Assembly: GCA_045606385.1 (NCBI GenBank)
Contig: JAZURX010000011.1
Span: 37,680-101,679, forward strand
DNA: 64,000 nucleotides
Direction: 5' to 3'
Source of the DNA: Bacteroidales bacterium
Lineage (GTDB): Bacteria; Bacteroidota; Bacteroidia; Bacteroidales; UBA11471
A program made the translations under genes and the position numbers. Below, piece after piece: positions 39,140-48,611 of this stretch (the first letter of the stretch is position 1; each line of letters opens with the position of its first letter). The notes under the pieces are model-generated. The model saw only the letters and a list, made by a program, of their open reading frames with translations, was not told the DNA's origin and did no database searches.

Positions 39140-40474
39140 CTAAAGTATACCTTGCGCCATCATAGCTTTGGCAACTTTCATAAATCCTGCTACGTTTGCG
39201 CCTTTTACATAGTTGACATAGCCATCGGCCTGTGTACCATATTTGACGCATTGTGTGTGTATATCAAACATGATTTGTTTCAAACGGGCATCAACTTCCT
39301 CTTTTGTCCAACTCAATTTTATCGAATTTTGAGTCATTTCGAGACCGCTCACCGATACTCCACCGGCATTGGCTGCTTTACCCGGAGCGTAGAGTATTTT
39401 TGCATTGAGAAACTCTTCGATAGCTTCGGGAGTAGAGGGCATGTTTGCACCTTCTGACACAGCAAAACAACCATTGGCAAGGAGTGCACGTGCATCATCG
39501 CCATCGATTTCGTTTTGGGTTGCCGACGGCATGGCAATGTCGCATTTTTCGTTCCAAGGACGCGCACCTTCGACATATTTACAGCCATATTTTTCGGCAT
39601 ACTCACGTATACGACCGCGGTAGAGGTTTTTCAACTCGAATATGTAGGCAAGTTTCTCTTCGTCGATACCATCGGGATCATAGATGTATCCGTTACTGTC
39701 AGACATGGTAATAACTTTCGCTCCGAGGCTAATCAACTTCTGAACTGTGTATTGTGCCACATTACCCGAGCCCGATACGGCTACAACTTTTCCTTTTATA
39801 TCGATATTGCGAGTTTTCAGCATTTCGAGCAAGAAATATACGTTTCCATAACCGGTAGCTTCGGGGCGAATGAGAGAGCCACCAAATTCGAGACCTTTAC
39901 CCGTAAAAGTTCCTGTATTTTCGAGTGCCATTTTCTTGTACATACCATACATGTAGCCTACTTCGCGACCGCCTACACCTATATCTCCGGCAGGAACGTC
40001 GGTTTGTGGACCGATGTGACGCCATAATTCTGTGATGAAAGCTTGGCAAAAACGCATAATTTCACCATCGGATTTTCCACGAGGGCTGAAGTCCGAGCCT
40101 CCTTTTCCTCCACCCATAGGGAGAGTTGTGAGTGAGTTTTTGAATGTTTGTTCGAAAGCCAAGAATTTCAGAATTGAGAGGTTCACCGATGAGTGAAAAC
40201 GAATACCGCCTTTGTACGGACCGATGGCATTGTTGTGCTGAATACGGTATCCCATATTGGTTTGCACTTGACCTTTGTCGTCGACCCATGTCACACGGAA
40301 TGAGAATATTCTATCGGGTATACACAATCTCTCTATCAGATTATATCTATCAAATTCGGGATGTTCGTTATACGCTTCTTCTATAGTTCCTAATACCTCG
40401 GCCACGGCTTGGTGATACTCGGGTTCGTTGGGGAAGCGTCTTTTCAAATCGCTCAGTACTTTTTGGGCATTCAT
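39140..40474 (-). CDS. gdhA: Glutamate dehydrogenase (GdhA family)
   Basis: GPYKGGIRFH, GGGKGG, DVPAGDIGVG, RPEATGYG, SGSGNVAQY, EGANMP; -7 box TATCTTTG at 40599-40592. Confidence 0.95.
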   Translation of the reverse strand: MNAQKVLSDLKRRFPNEPEYHQAVAEVLGTIEEAYNEHPEFDRYNLIERLCIPDRIFSFRVTWVDDKGQVQTNMGYRIQHNNAIGPYKGGIRFHSSVNLSILKFLAFEQTFKNSLTTLPMGGGKGGSDFSPRGKSDGEIMRFCQAFITELWRHIGPQTDVPAGDIGVGGREVGYMYGMYKKMALENTGTFTGKGLEFGGSLIRPEATGYGNVYFLLEMLKTRNIDIKGKVVAVSGSGNVAQYTVQKLISLGAKVITMSDSNGYIYDPDGIDEEKLAYIFELKNLYRGRIREYAEKYGCKYVEGARPWNEKCDIAMPSATQNEIDGDDARALLANGCFAVSEGANMPSTPEAIEEFLNAKILYAPGKAANAGGVSVSGLEMTQNSIKLSWTKEEVDARLKQIMFDIHTQCVKYGTQADGYVNYVKGANVAGFMKVAKAMMAQGIL

Positions 40475-40921
40475 AATAGTAACTTATAATTAAATGTTAA
40501 TACTTTTAGAAGTTGATGTTGAAGTTGTGTTTTTATTACAAGAAATTTCAAAAACAGCTTCTTTTTTACCTTTGTTTTTAGATTACGTCTGCAAAGATAA
40601 AACAATCAAATGAAAAAAATCAAATATTTTTACAAGAAAATTGACAAAAAGCGTATTTTTTCTTATTTCTATGGCAAAAAGCATCTAAAATTGAATTTTT
40701 ATTTGATTTTTGATAAATATAAATCGATTATCGATACAATAGATGTATCATTCAATGGCTTGAGTATTGACTATGGAAACACATATTACAAATTTGACGA
40801 AAACGCCCTCTGATTATCGAAAAATAATTATTTTTGCCGACAATAAGACAAAATAGGTTATGATGAAAAATTTCTTCGAATAAACAACCCATTTTTGTCA
40901 TGCACCGTTCAATAAATTCTT

Positions 40922-42151
40922 ATGAATATAACTCTCACAGCACCATCGCAAATAGAGGCACAGATAAAGCTTCCATCGTCAAAAAGCATTTGCAACAGAG
41001 CACTCATAATACGGGCACTTTCGGGCGAAGAGTCACCACTACACAATCTGTCCGATTGCGACGACACCCGAGTACTGATAAAAGCTTTTGCCGAGGGTGG
41101 GCCACACTTCGACATCATGGCTGCAGGTACGGCTATGCGTTTTCTCACTGCTTACTTGGCGCAAACGCCCGGAGAGTGGACGATTACCGGTACCGAACGC
41201 ATGTGTCATCGTCCCATACACCTATTGGTTGATGCACTACGCTCATTGGGCGCGCATATCGAATACATGGGCAATGAAGGATTCCCTCCTCTACGTATTA
41301 TAGGTCGCCGATTGCAAGGTGGGGCGTTATCTATGAGTGCAGGAGTAAGCTCACAATATATTTCGGCTCTGCTTATGATAGCACCGCATATGAACAACGG
41401 ACTTACGCTCTGCCTTACCGGAGAACTTATATCACGTCCCTATATATCCATGACACTGCAGATAATGCGGCAATGGGGTGTAAAATGCGATTGGGTCGAC
41501 AACGTAATAAAAGTACCTCATACCCCATACACTCCCGCGCCATTCACTATAGAGGGTGATTGGTCGGCCGCCTCTTATTGGTATGAAATAGTAGCATTTA
41601 CTCCCGGTTCACGGGTAATATTGCCTGCACTATATTGCGAAAGCACTCAAGGCGACAGCCGTGTGTCAGAATTTTTCAAACATTTGGGGGTAGTGACCGA
41701 ATACACAGATATGGGGATAATATTACAACATGTAGGCATGAGCGAGACTTCACCACTACATCTCGACCTTTCCGACCAACCCGATTTGGCTCAGACATTG
41801 GCAGTCACTTGCGCCATGCTTGGACGCAGATTTTGTTTCACAGGATTACAGACTTTGCGCATAAAAGAGACCGATCGCATATCGGCACTGGAATGCGAAT
41901 TGGAGAAATTGGGTTATAAAATATCAAATAGAGCCGACTCGATATTGGAATGGGACGGTGCTCGATGTAAAGCACAATCGAATCCACGCATCGCCACATA
42001 CGACGACCATCGCATGGCTATGGCATTTGCGCCGGTGGCTCGTTTTATTCCGGGAATTGAAATTGCCCATTCCGAAGTTGTTTCTAAATCGTACCCTTCG
42101 TATTGGCAACACTTATCGAGTGCAGGATTCAAAATCATAGATAAAGTATAA
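40922..42151 (+). CDS. aroA: 3-phosphoshikimate 1-carboxyvinyltransferase (EPSP synthase)
   Basis: PSSKSICNR, AGTAMRF, SSQYISALL, KETDRI, DHRMAMAF, KSYP. Confidence 0.96.
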   Translation: MNITLTAPSQIEAQIKLPSSKSICNRALIIRALSGEESPLHNLSDCDDTRVLIKAFAEGGPHFDIMAAGTAMRFLTAYLAQTPGEWTITGTERMCHRPIHLLVDALRSLGAHIEYMGNEGFPPLRIIGRRLQGGALSMSAGVSSQYISALLMIAPHMNNGLTLCLTGELISRPYISMTLQIMRQWGVKCDWVDNVIKVPHTPYTPAPFTIEGDWSAASYWYEIVAFTPGSRVILPALYCESTQGDSRVSEFFKHLGVVTEYTDMGIILQHVGMSETSPLHLDLSDQPDLAQTLAVTCAMLGRRFCFTGLQTLRIKETDRISALECELEKLGYKISNRADSILEWDGARCKAQSNPRIATYDDHRMAMAFAPVARFIPGIEIAHSEVVSKSYPSYWQHLSSAGFKIIDKV

Positions 42152-42153
42152 GT

Positions 42154-42570
42154 ATGGGATTGTTCTATATTTTTCTATCTATAATATTGCTCGGTATCGC
42201 ATGTTACACATGGGATTATCGCCGACGTAAAAATCGCATATGGCCCAACGAAAGTACAAACGATACCCCATTCGAGGAAGAGTGTTGCGGACAACATGCC
42301 GTATGTGAAAAAGAGAGTCTGCTGGCTGCTGTGAGTAAAGAAATTGTTTACTACGACGATGAAGAACTCGACCGCTTCAAGGGTAAAACACCCTGTGAAT
42401 ACACTTCAGACGAAACAACAGAGTTTGAAGAGGTGTTTTATACATTAGCTGCCGATGAGGTGGCAGGTTGGGTACGCAGTTTACATCTGCGAGGCATAGA
42501 ATTGCCATCGGCAATTACCGACGAGGTACTACTTATAGTCGGTGAACGCCGTAACCAGTCATCGAAATAG
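42154..42570 (+). CDS. Single-pass membrane protein with a CCGQHAVC motif, function unknown
   Basis: N-terminal hydrophobic helix, basic stop-transfer RRRKNR, EECCGQHAVCEK, YYDDEELD. Confidence 0.75.
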   Translation: MGLFYIFLSIILLGIACYTWDYRRRKNRIWPNESTNDTPFEEECCGQHAVCEKESLLAAVSKEIVYYDDEELDRFKGKTPCEYTSDETTEFEEVFYTLAADEVAGWVRSLHLRGIELPSAITDEVLLIVGERRNQSSK

Positions 42571-42579
42571 AATTATACT

Positions 42580-43416
42580 ATGTTCGAAATATTACAATAC
42601 ACATTTTTTCAAAACGCATTGTGGGCACTGCTACTTATAAGTATCGTCGGTGGTATAATCGGCACTTATATTGTGACTCGACGCATGATATTTATTGCCG
42701 GAGGTATCACCCATGCATCATTTGGAGGATTGGGCATAGGCCTCTATCTCGGAATAAACCCCACGATTAGTGCGATGTTGTTTGCCATAGGCTCGGCTAT
42801 AGGGGTAGTTCGGTTGTCCCGCAAAGGGAAGGTACGTGAAGATTCGGCCATAGCCACTTTGTGGGCGTTAGGTATGGCAATAGGTATTATATGCATATTC
42901 AAGACACCCGGTTACACTCCCGGTCTCAATGAATTTCTATTTGGCAATATACTCACCATTACAACAACCGATTTATTATGGTTTGCATTATATACAATGC
43001 TGCTCATAGTAGCGACATCATTGTTTTATAGACAAATGGTAGCGGTAGCTTTTGATACCGATTTTGCTATTACCCGAAAATTACCCGTAAAGTTTATCGA
43101 CTACACAATGATAATTATGGTATCGCTCTGCGTGGTACTAACTATCAGATTGATAGGAATTATGCTTCTACTGTCGATGCTCACCATACCGCAGATGACC
43201 GCCGAATTATTCACCCGACGCTACCATATGCTGCAAATTCTTTCAGGACTGATTACCGGTGTATCGGGTGTGACTGGTTTATTTTTGGCTTATTGGCTCG
43301 ATGTACCGGCCGGGGCCTGCATCGTCTTTATCTCCATATTGTTCTACACCATAATGCGAATTGCCACATGGCAATACAATAAAGTTATCATCCTAAAAGG
43401 CTCAATAAGGCAATAA
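42580..43416 (+). CDS. Metal (Zn/Mn) ABC transporter permease, ZnuB-like
   Basis: GGITHASFGG, FLFGNIL, IGIMLL; ABC-3 family pattern. Confidence 0.88.
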   Translation: MFEILQYTFFQNALWALLLISIVGGIIGTYIVTRRMIFIAGGITHASFGGLGIGLYLGINPTISAMLFAIGSAIGVVRLSRKGKVREDSAIATLWALGMAIGIICIFKTPGYTPGLNEFLFGNILTITTTDLLWFALYTMLLIVATSLFYRQMVAVAFDTDFAITRKLPVKFIDYTMIIMVSLCVVLTIRLIGIMLLLSMLTIPQMTAELFTRRYHMLQILSGLITGVSGVTGLFLAYWLDVPAGACIVFISILFYTIMRIATWQYNKVIILKGSIRQ

Positions 43417-43462
43417 AAAAACCTTTTTGCAGTTTATATATAAGATAAAGAAGTTGCCTGTT

Positions 43463-46267
43463 ATGCCCATTTCCCGACTCCGAATATTGATACCGCTTAT
43501 ATCGGTATTGTTTTTGGTGGCGTGTTCTACTCAAAAGAATACGCGCGGAACACGTTTTTATCATTCATTTACGACTAAGTACAATGTTTATTTCAATGGG
43601 ATAGAAAGTTATAAAGAACAGCTTCGTGCCATGCAGAACGACTACGAGGATAATTTCACTCATTTACTGCATATGCATCCGGTATCAGCCTATGGCGTAC
43701 CCACCGATCCCAAGCCGAAAGGAGACTTTTCTCGAGCTATGGACAAGAGCAAAAAAGCTATACGTACACACTCCATACAGAAATCGCCCAAACGTAACGC
43801 AAAAAAAATGGACGATCCTGAATATCGAGCATTTGTAAAGCGCACCGAGTTCAACCCATTTATCCACAACGCATGGACACTTATGGGACAATCACAATTC
43901 TACCAAGGCGACTTTTTAGGAGCCTTAGCTACTTTTATTTACATAACCCGACATTTCCCGTGGAAAACCGAACTGCTTATCGATACCCGGGTGTGGATTG
44001 CACGTTGCTACCTCGAACTTGGCTGGTTATATGAAGCAGAAGATGCCTTAAATAAAGTATCGAAAGAACCTAATCTCACAACCTCACAGAAACGATGGTA
44101 CTCTACTGTAGTGGCCGACCTGATGATACGTCGTGGCGAATATGCCGGAGCCATACCCCACCTTCAAGAGGCAATAAAAGATGCTGATGGCAGAGCTCAA
44201 GAAATACGCATGACCTTTCTCTTGGCTCAGTTGCAATCAAAAGTTGGAGACAAAGCAGGTGCATTTCAATCATACAAAAAGGTACTGAAACGCAACCCCG
44301 ACTTTCGAACCGAAATGAATGCCCGCATCAATCAGACCGAAGTATTCACCGGTGGAGATGCTTCTAAAGCCGAAAAACGACTTCGCCGTATGGCCCGCAA
44401 CTATAAAAACCGAGACTACCTCGACCAAATATACTACGCTTTGGGCAATATATCACTTTCGCGCGGTGATACGACACAAGCCATCGAAAATTACGTATTG
44501 GCAGCTGAGAAAAGCACCCGTAAAGGTGTGGAAAGAGCTATCAGTCAGCTCACATTGGGAGCCCTCTATTTCGAGCGAAGAGAGTACACCAAAGCACAGC
44601 CTTGTTATGCCGAAGCGATACCCCTTATCGATGAGAATTATCCCGACTACGAAAATCTCAAACGACGTTCGACCGTACTCGACGAGCTTGCTGTATATGC
44701 CGAGAATGTAGAGCTACAAGACAGTTTGCAATGGGTTGCCGGCATGAGCGAAGAGGAACGAACAAAACATATACAAAAAATCATAGACGACCTTATAGCC
44801 GCCGAAGAAGCCGCCGCAGAAGAGGCCCGACGAGCCGAAATGCTCGCCGAACAGGAGGCAAATGCTCCTCAACTCGATCGTATAAAACCGGTAAATACAC
44901 CCACTATACCTGGAGGAGCAAGTACTTCGTGGTATTTCTACAATTCATCACTCATCACAGCCGGTAAATCCGAATTCCAACGCAAATGGGGTCGCAGAAA
45001 ACTCGAAGACGATTGGCGACGACGCAACAAAGCCTCTTTCTCGCAAGAAGATATTACCGAAGAAAGCGATAACACAGATTTGTCCGAAGGAGAAGAAATA
45101 ACCGATACCGAAGGTATGGATATTACCGCAGAAGGCGATACCATTGCAATAGCTACCGAACCGGAATTTAGCAATGACCCCAAAGACCCGAAATTCTACT
45201 TGCAACAATTGCCATTTACTGAAGAAGATATAACCGCATCTAACGAAATAATTTCCGATGGCCTTTTCAATATGGCTCTTATATTGAAAGATAAGCTCGA
45301 AGACATGACCGCAGCAATGGCAAATTTCAACGAGCTCGAACGACGTTTCCCGCAAAACGATTATCGTCTCGAAGCCTATTACAATTGTTACCTTATAGGT
45401 ATGCGCATAGGAGACAAAACCATGGCCGAAATGTATCGCAACCGTATTCTGACAGAGTTCTCCGACAGCAAATATGCCATAGCACTATCCGACCCCAACT
45501 ACCTCTACAATCTGCGCCGCATGGACGTTGTTCAAGACTCTCTCTACATGACGACCTACGATGCTTATGTATCCGGTGAAAATGAGCGAGTACATGCCCT
45601 TTATGAATATACTCGCGATACATATCCGCTATCGAAACTCATGCCCAAATTTATGTTGGTCGATGCTTTAGCATATGTCAATGAAGGGAAAATAGAAGAT
45701 TTCAAAGCGGGGCTGAAATTACTTCTCGACACTTATCCTCAAGAAGATGTAAGTACATTGGCTGCCGACATGTTACGTGGTGTTGCACAAGGTCGTGAAA
45801 TAGTAGCCGGAGCTGCGCGCAATGATATTTGGAACGTACGCATCGGCTCCGATGACGGCGAATCGACAACACCTACCGATACGGCACAACAAACATCGCC
45901 CTTTGTCGCTGATAAAGATGTGCCGCACCTGCTTGTTTTGGTATATCCGACGGACCGTATCAACGCCAATCTTTTACTATTCAATATCGCAAAATACAAC
46001 TTTGCACACTTCATAATTCGCGATTTCGACCTCGAAATAATGAGTTTTAACGAAATAAGCATGCTTGTTGTCAAAGGTTTTTATACCTTTGACGAATTAT
46101 CGCAATACCGTCGTATGCTCAGCGCATCTGACGGGGTGACATTCCCCGACGCCGTACGTCCGGTTATGATTAGCGAGCAAAATTTCAAACTCCTTGTCGA
46201 AGGACATTCCTTTGAGGAGTATTTCCGATTTGTCGAAGAAAATCAAATATTGCAGTATGAAGAGTGA
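43463..46267 (+). CDS. porW: TPR lipoprotein, T9SS component PorW/SprE-like
   Basis: Lipobox LVAC then STQKNTRGTRFYHSFTTKYNVYFNG, TPR repeats, WYFYN...FQRKWGRRKLEDDWRR; start ATG 43463. Confidence 0.72.
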   Translation: MPISRLRILIPLISVLFLVACSTQKNTRGTRFYHSFTTKYNVYFNGIESYKEQLRAMQNDYEDNFTHLLHMHPVSAYGVPTDPKPKGDFSRAMDKSKKAIRTHSIQKSPKRNAKKMDDPEYRAFVKRTEFNPFIHNAWTLMGQSQFYQGDFLGALATFIYITRHFPWKTELLIDTRVWIARCYLELGWLYEAEDALNKVSKEPNLTTSQKRWYSTVVADLMIRRGEYAGAIPHLQEAIKDADGRAQEIRMTFLLAQLQSKVGDKAGAFQSYKKVLKRNPDFRTEMNARINQTEVFTGGDASKAEKRLRRMARNYKNRDYLDQIYYALGNISLSRGDTTQAIENYVLAAEKSTRKGVERAISQLTLGALYFERREYTKAQPCYAEAIPLIDENYPDYENLKRRSTVLDELAVYAENVELQDSLQWVAGMSEEERTKHIQKIIDDLIAAEEAAAEEARRAEMLAEQEANAPQLDRIKPVNTPTIPGGASTSWYFYNSSLITAGKSEFQRKWGRRKLEDDWRRRNKASFSQEDITEESDNTDLSEGEEITDTEGMDITAEGDTIAIATEPEFSNDPKDPKFYLQQLPFTEEDITASNEIISDGLFNMALILKDKLEDMTAAMANFNELERRFPQNDYRLEAYYNCYLIGMRIGDKTMAEMYRNRILTEFSDSKYAIALSDPNYLYNLRRMDVVQDSLYMTTYDAYVSGENERVHALYEYTRDTYPLSKLMPKFMLVDALAYVNEGKIEDFKAGLKLLLDTYPQEDVSTLAADMLRGVAQGREIVAGAARNDIWNVRIGSDDGESTTPTDTAQQTSPFVADKDVPHLLVLVYPTDRINANLLLFNIAKYNFAHFIIRDFDLEIMSFNEISMLVVKGFYTFDELSQYRRMLSASDGVTFPDAVRPVMISEQNFKLLVEGHSFEEYFRFVEENQILQYEE

Positions 46268-47798
46268 AATTGTACTTTGGGCCGATGATGAAATAGATTT
46301 ACTCAAGCCTCATATACTCTTTCTACGTCAGAAAGGCTATGAAGTAGTGACCGTTACCAATGGGCGCGACGCACTCGAACATGTTGTCGCAAACCACTTC
46401 GACCTCATAATTCTCGATGAAAACATGCCCGGGCTCAGCGGTCTCGAAACACTTTCACGTATCAAAGAGATAGCTCCACACACACCGGTAGTAATGATTA
46501 CCAAGAGTGAGGAAGAAGACATCATGAACCAAGCTATCGGCAACAAAATTGCCGACTACCTCATAAAGCCTGTAAATCCCAATCAGATACTTCTCTCCAT
46601 AAAGAAAAACCTCTATCGCAAAGATATGATTTCGGAGCAGACCTCTACCGACTATCAGCAAGAATTCAATCGTATCAGCATGCTTATCAACGATGCCTCA
46701 TCGTGGAACGATTGGTACGAAGTATATCGCAAATTAGTCTATTGGGAACTTGCTCTCGAGCAAACCGAAGGACACTTCAAAGAGATGCTCCTCATGCAAA
46801 AAGATGAGGCGAACGGAGCCTTTGTCAAATATGTAAAACGCAATTACGAAAAATGGCTTACCGAGGATAATCACCCGCTCATGAGCCACGAGCTATTCAA
46901 GCAACGTGTTTTTCCCTTGCTCGATAACGGAGAAAGAGTATTTGTTATTCTCATTGACAATTTTCGCCTCGACCAATGGCGTGTCATCATGCCACTACTA
47001 AGCGACTATTTCACTATCGATGAGGAACTATACTGCAGTATATTGCCCACTGCCACACAATATGCCCGCAATGCGATATTCTCGGGATTATTACCCGACA
47101 AAATAGCCTCAATGTTTCCCGACCTTTGGGTCGATGAAGACTCGGAAGAAGGTAAGAATATCAACGAATCGCCCCTTATCGGGACATTACTCGAACGTTA
47201 TCGCAAACGCTATACATACTCCTATACAAAAATCAACGAATCGGCCTACGGAGAACGCGTCATACGCGATTTTGCTCAAATGGAGAAATATGATCTCAAT
47301 GTATGTGTACTCAACTTTGTGGATATGCTCTCTCACGCACGCACCGATTCCAAAATGATACGCGAACTGGCCGGTACCGATGCCGCCTACCGCTCACTCA
47401 CCGAGTCTTGGTTCAAGCACTCTCCGGCTTTCGATTTATTCAAGAAGATTGCCGAGAAAAACTACAAAGTCATCATTACCACCGACCATGGCACCATACA
47501 TGTCGACAATCCCATAAAAGTAATATCCGATCGCGCCACAAACACAAATCTGCGATACAAAGTAGGTAAAAATATGTCATACAATCCAAAACAGGTATTC
47601 GAAATAAAAACGCCGGCTCGCTATGGATTACCTTCACCCAATGTAAGTTCGGCATACATATTTGCAACCAACCACGATTTTTTTGCCTACCCCAATAACT
47701 ACAACCACTACGTAAGTTACTATAAAGACACTTTCCAACACGGCGGCATATCGATGGAAGAGATGCTCATACCCCTTATTACCCTTACACGCAAATAA
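46257..47798 (+). CDS. porX: Response regulator with a PglZ/alkaline-phosphatase domain (T9SS regulator PorX)
   Basis: Receiver domain WADDE...ILDENMPG...MITKSEEE, then IDNFRLDQW, SILPTAT, TTDHG, FQHGG; start ATG 46257. Confidence 0.9.
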   Translation: MKSEIVLWADDEIDLLKPHILFLRQKGYEVVTVTNGRDALEHVVANHFDLIILDENMPGLSGLETLSRIKEIAPHTPVVMITKSEEEDIMNQAIGNKIADYLIKPVNPNQILLSIKKNLYRKDMISEQTSTDYQQEFNRISMLINDASSWNDWYEVYRKLVYWELALEQTEGHFKEMLLMQKDEANGAFVKYVKRNYEKWLTEDNHPLMSHELFKQRVFPLLDNGERVFVILIDNFRLDQWRVIMPLLSDYFTIDEELYCSILPTATQYARNAIFSGLLPDKIASMFPDLWVDEDSEEGKNINESPLIGTLLERYRKRYTYSYTKINESAYGERVIRDFAQMEKYDLNVCVLNFVDMLSHARTDSKMIRELAGTDAAYRSLTESWFKHSPAFDLFKKIAEKNYKVIITTDHGTIHVDNPIKVISDRATNTNLRYKVGKNMSYNPKQVFEIKTPARYGLPSPNVSSAYIFATNHDFFAYPNNYNHYVSYYKDTFQHGGISMEEMLIPLITLTRK

Positions 47799-47800
47799 GT

Positions 47801-48220
47801 ATGGAATTTTTAATACATAATCTCGACGAAATCGGTGTGGTAGCTCAACAATTTATACAGGCTATAGGCAACCACAAGATACTCGCATTCCATGGTTCCA
47901 TGGGTGCAGGAAAAACGACATTTATCAAAGCCCTATGCGAGAAACTCGGTGTAAAAAATTCAATAAACAGTCCCACGTTTGCCATTGTCAATGAATATGA
48001 GTCGGCAACCACAGGCGATATTATATACCATTTCGATTTCTACCGCATAAATCGGTCCGAAGAAGCTCTTGACTTTGGTTACGACGATTATGTATATAGT
48101 GGCAATCTCTGCCTCATGGAATGGCCCGAAAATATCGCGACACTGCTTCCCGATGACGTAATAGATGTCACTATCGTAGAACAACCCGACTCCTCCCGTC
48201 TCATAACCATCCAATTATAA
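47801..48220 (+). CDS. tsaE: tRNA threonylcarbamoyladenosine biosynthesis ATPase
   Basis: GSMGAGKTT, SPTFAIVNEY, HFDFYR, EWP. Confidence 0.95.
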   Translation: MEFLIHNLDEIGVVAQQFIQAIGNHKILAFHGSMGAGKTTFIKALCEKLGVKNSINSPTFAIVNEYESATTGDIIYHFDFYRINRSEEALDFGYDDYVYSGNLCLMEWPENIATLLPDDVIDVTIVEQPDSSRLITIQL

Positions 48221-48376
48221 GTCTTACCACATCGCCATCGGGTTGTATTCAGTTATTAACATTACATAGATATTATTTTACAATAAAAATATATCGTCTC
48301 TTATTTGACAAATTGTCAGAAAAAGTATGGTAAGATGATATTTTTTCTATTTTGAACATTATTTTCTATAAATTCT

Positions 48377-48407
48377 TTTGGTTGTTTCGCATAAAGCATT
48401 ACCTTTG
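48377..48407 (+). promoter_or_regulatory. Consensus Bacteroidetes promoter of the ilv operon
   Basis: TTTG (48377-48380), 19-nt spacer, TACCTTTG (48400-48407). Confidence 0.8.
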
Positions 48408-48441
48408 TGCCATTATCTCACAAGAATTGGTAAAAAAGAGT

Positions 48442-48504
48442 ATGATAAGCACATTATTGCATATTATTAGCCTACTATCTATTATTATCGTCGTCGTGGC
48501 ATGA
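48442..48504 (+). CDS. ilv leader peptide MISTLLHIISLLSIIIVVVA
   Basis: 20 codons, 13 of them Ile/Leu/Val, lying between the promoter and the attenuator. Confidence 0.85.
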   Translation: MISTLLHIISLLSIIIVVVA

Positions 48505-48507
48505 TAA

Positions 48508-48600
48508 GAGAAGAAAGGCGTATGCATATATTTGTGTATAAAAACATAAACCATAATAAAAACCTTTCTTCTCACTATTGAAGGAAGGTTTTCCTTATTA
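48508..48600 (+). promoter_or_regulatory. Transcription attenuator (antiterminator / terminator)
   Basis: Terminator AAAACCTTTCTTC (48559-48571) / GAAGGAAGGTTTT (48580-48592); alternative 11-bp helix GAGAAGAAAGG (48508-48518) / CCTTTCTTCTC (48563-48573). Confidence 0.82.
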
Positions 48601-48611
48601 ATATAATAAAT

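Noticed and set aside
39152..40386. Plus-strand ORFs antisense to gdhA (e.g. 39515-40027)
   Set aside because: Shadow ORFs produced by codon bias of a highly expressed gene; no recognisable motifs.
46257..47798. PglZ domain as part of a BREX system
   Set aside because: It is fused to a receiver domain in the porX-tsaE context and no other brx genes are present.
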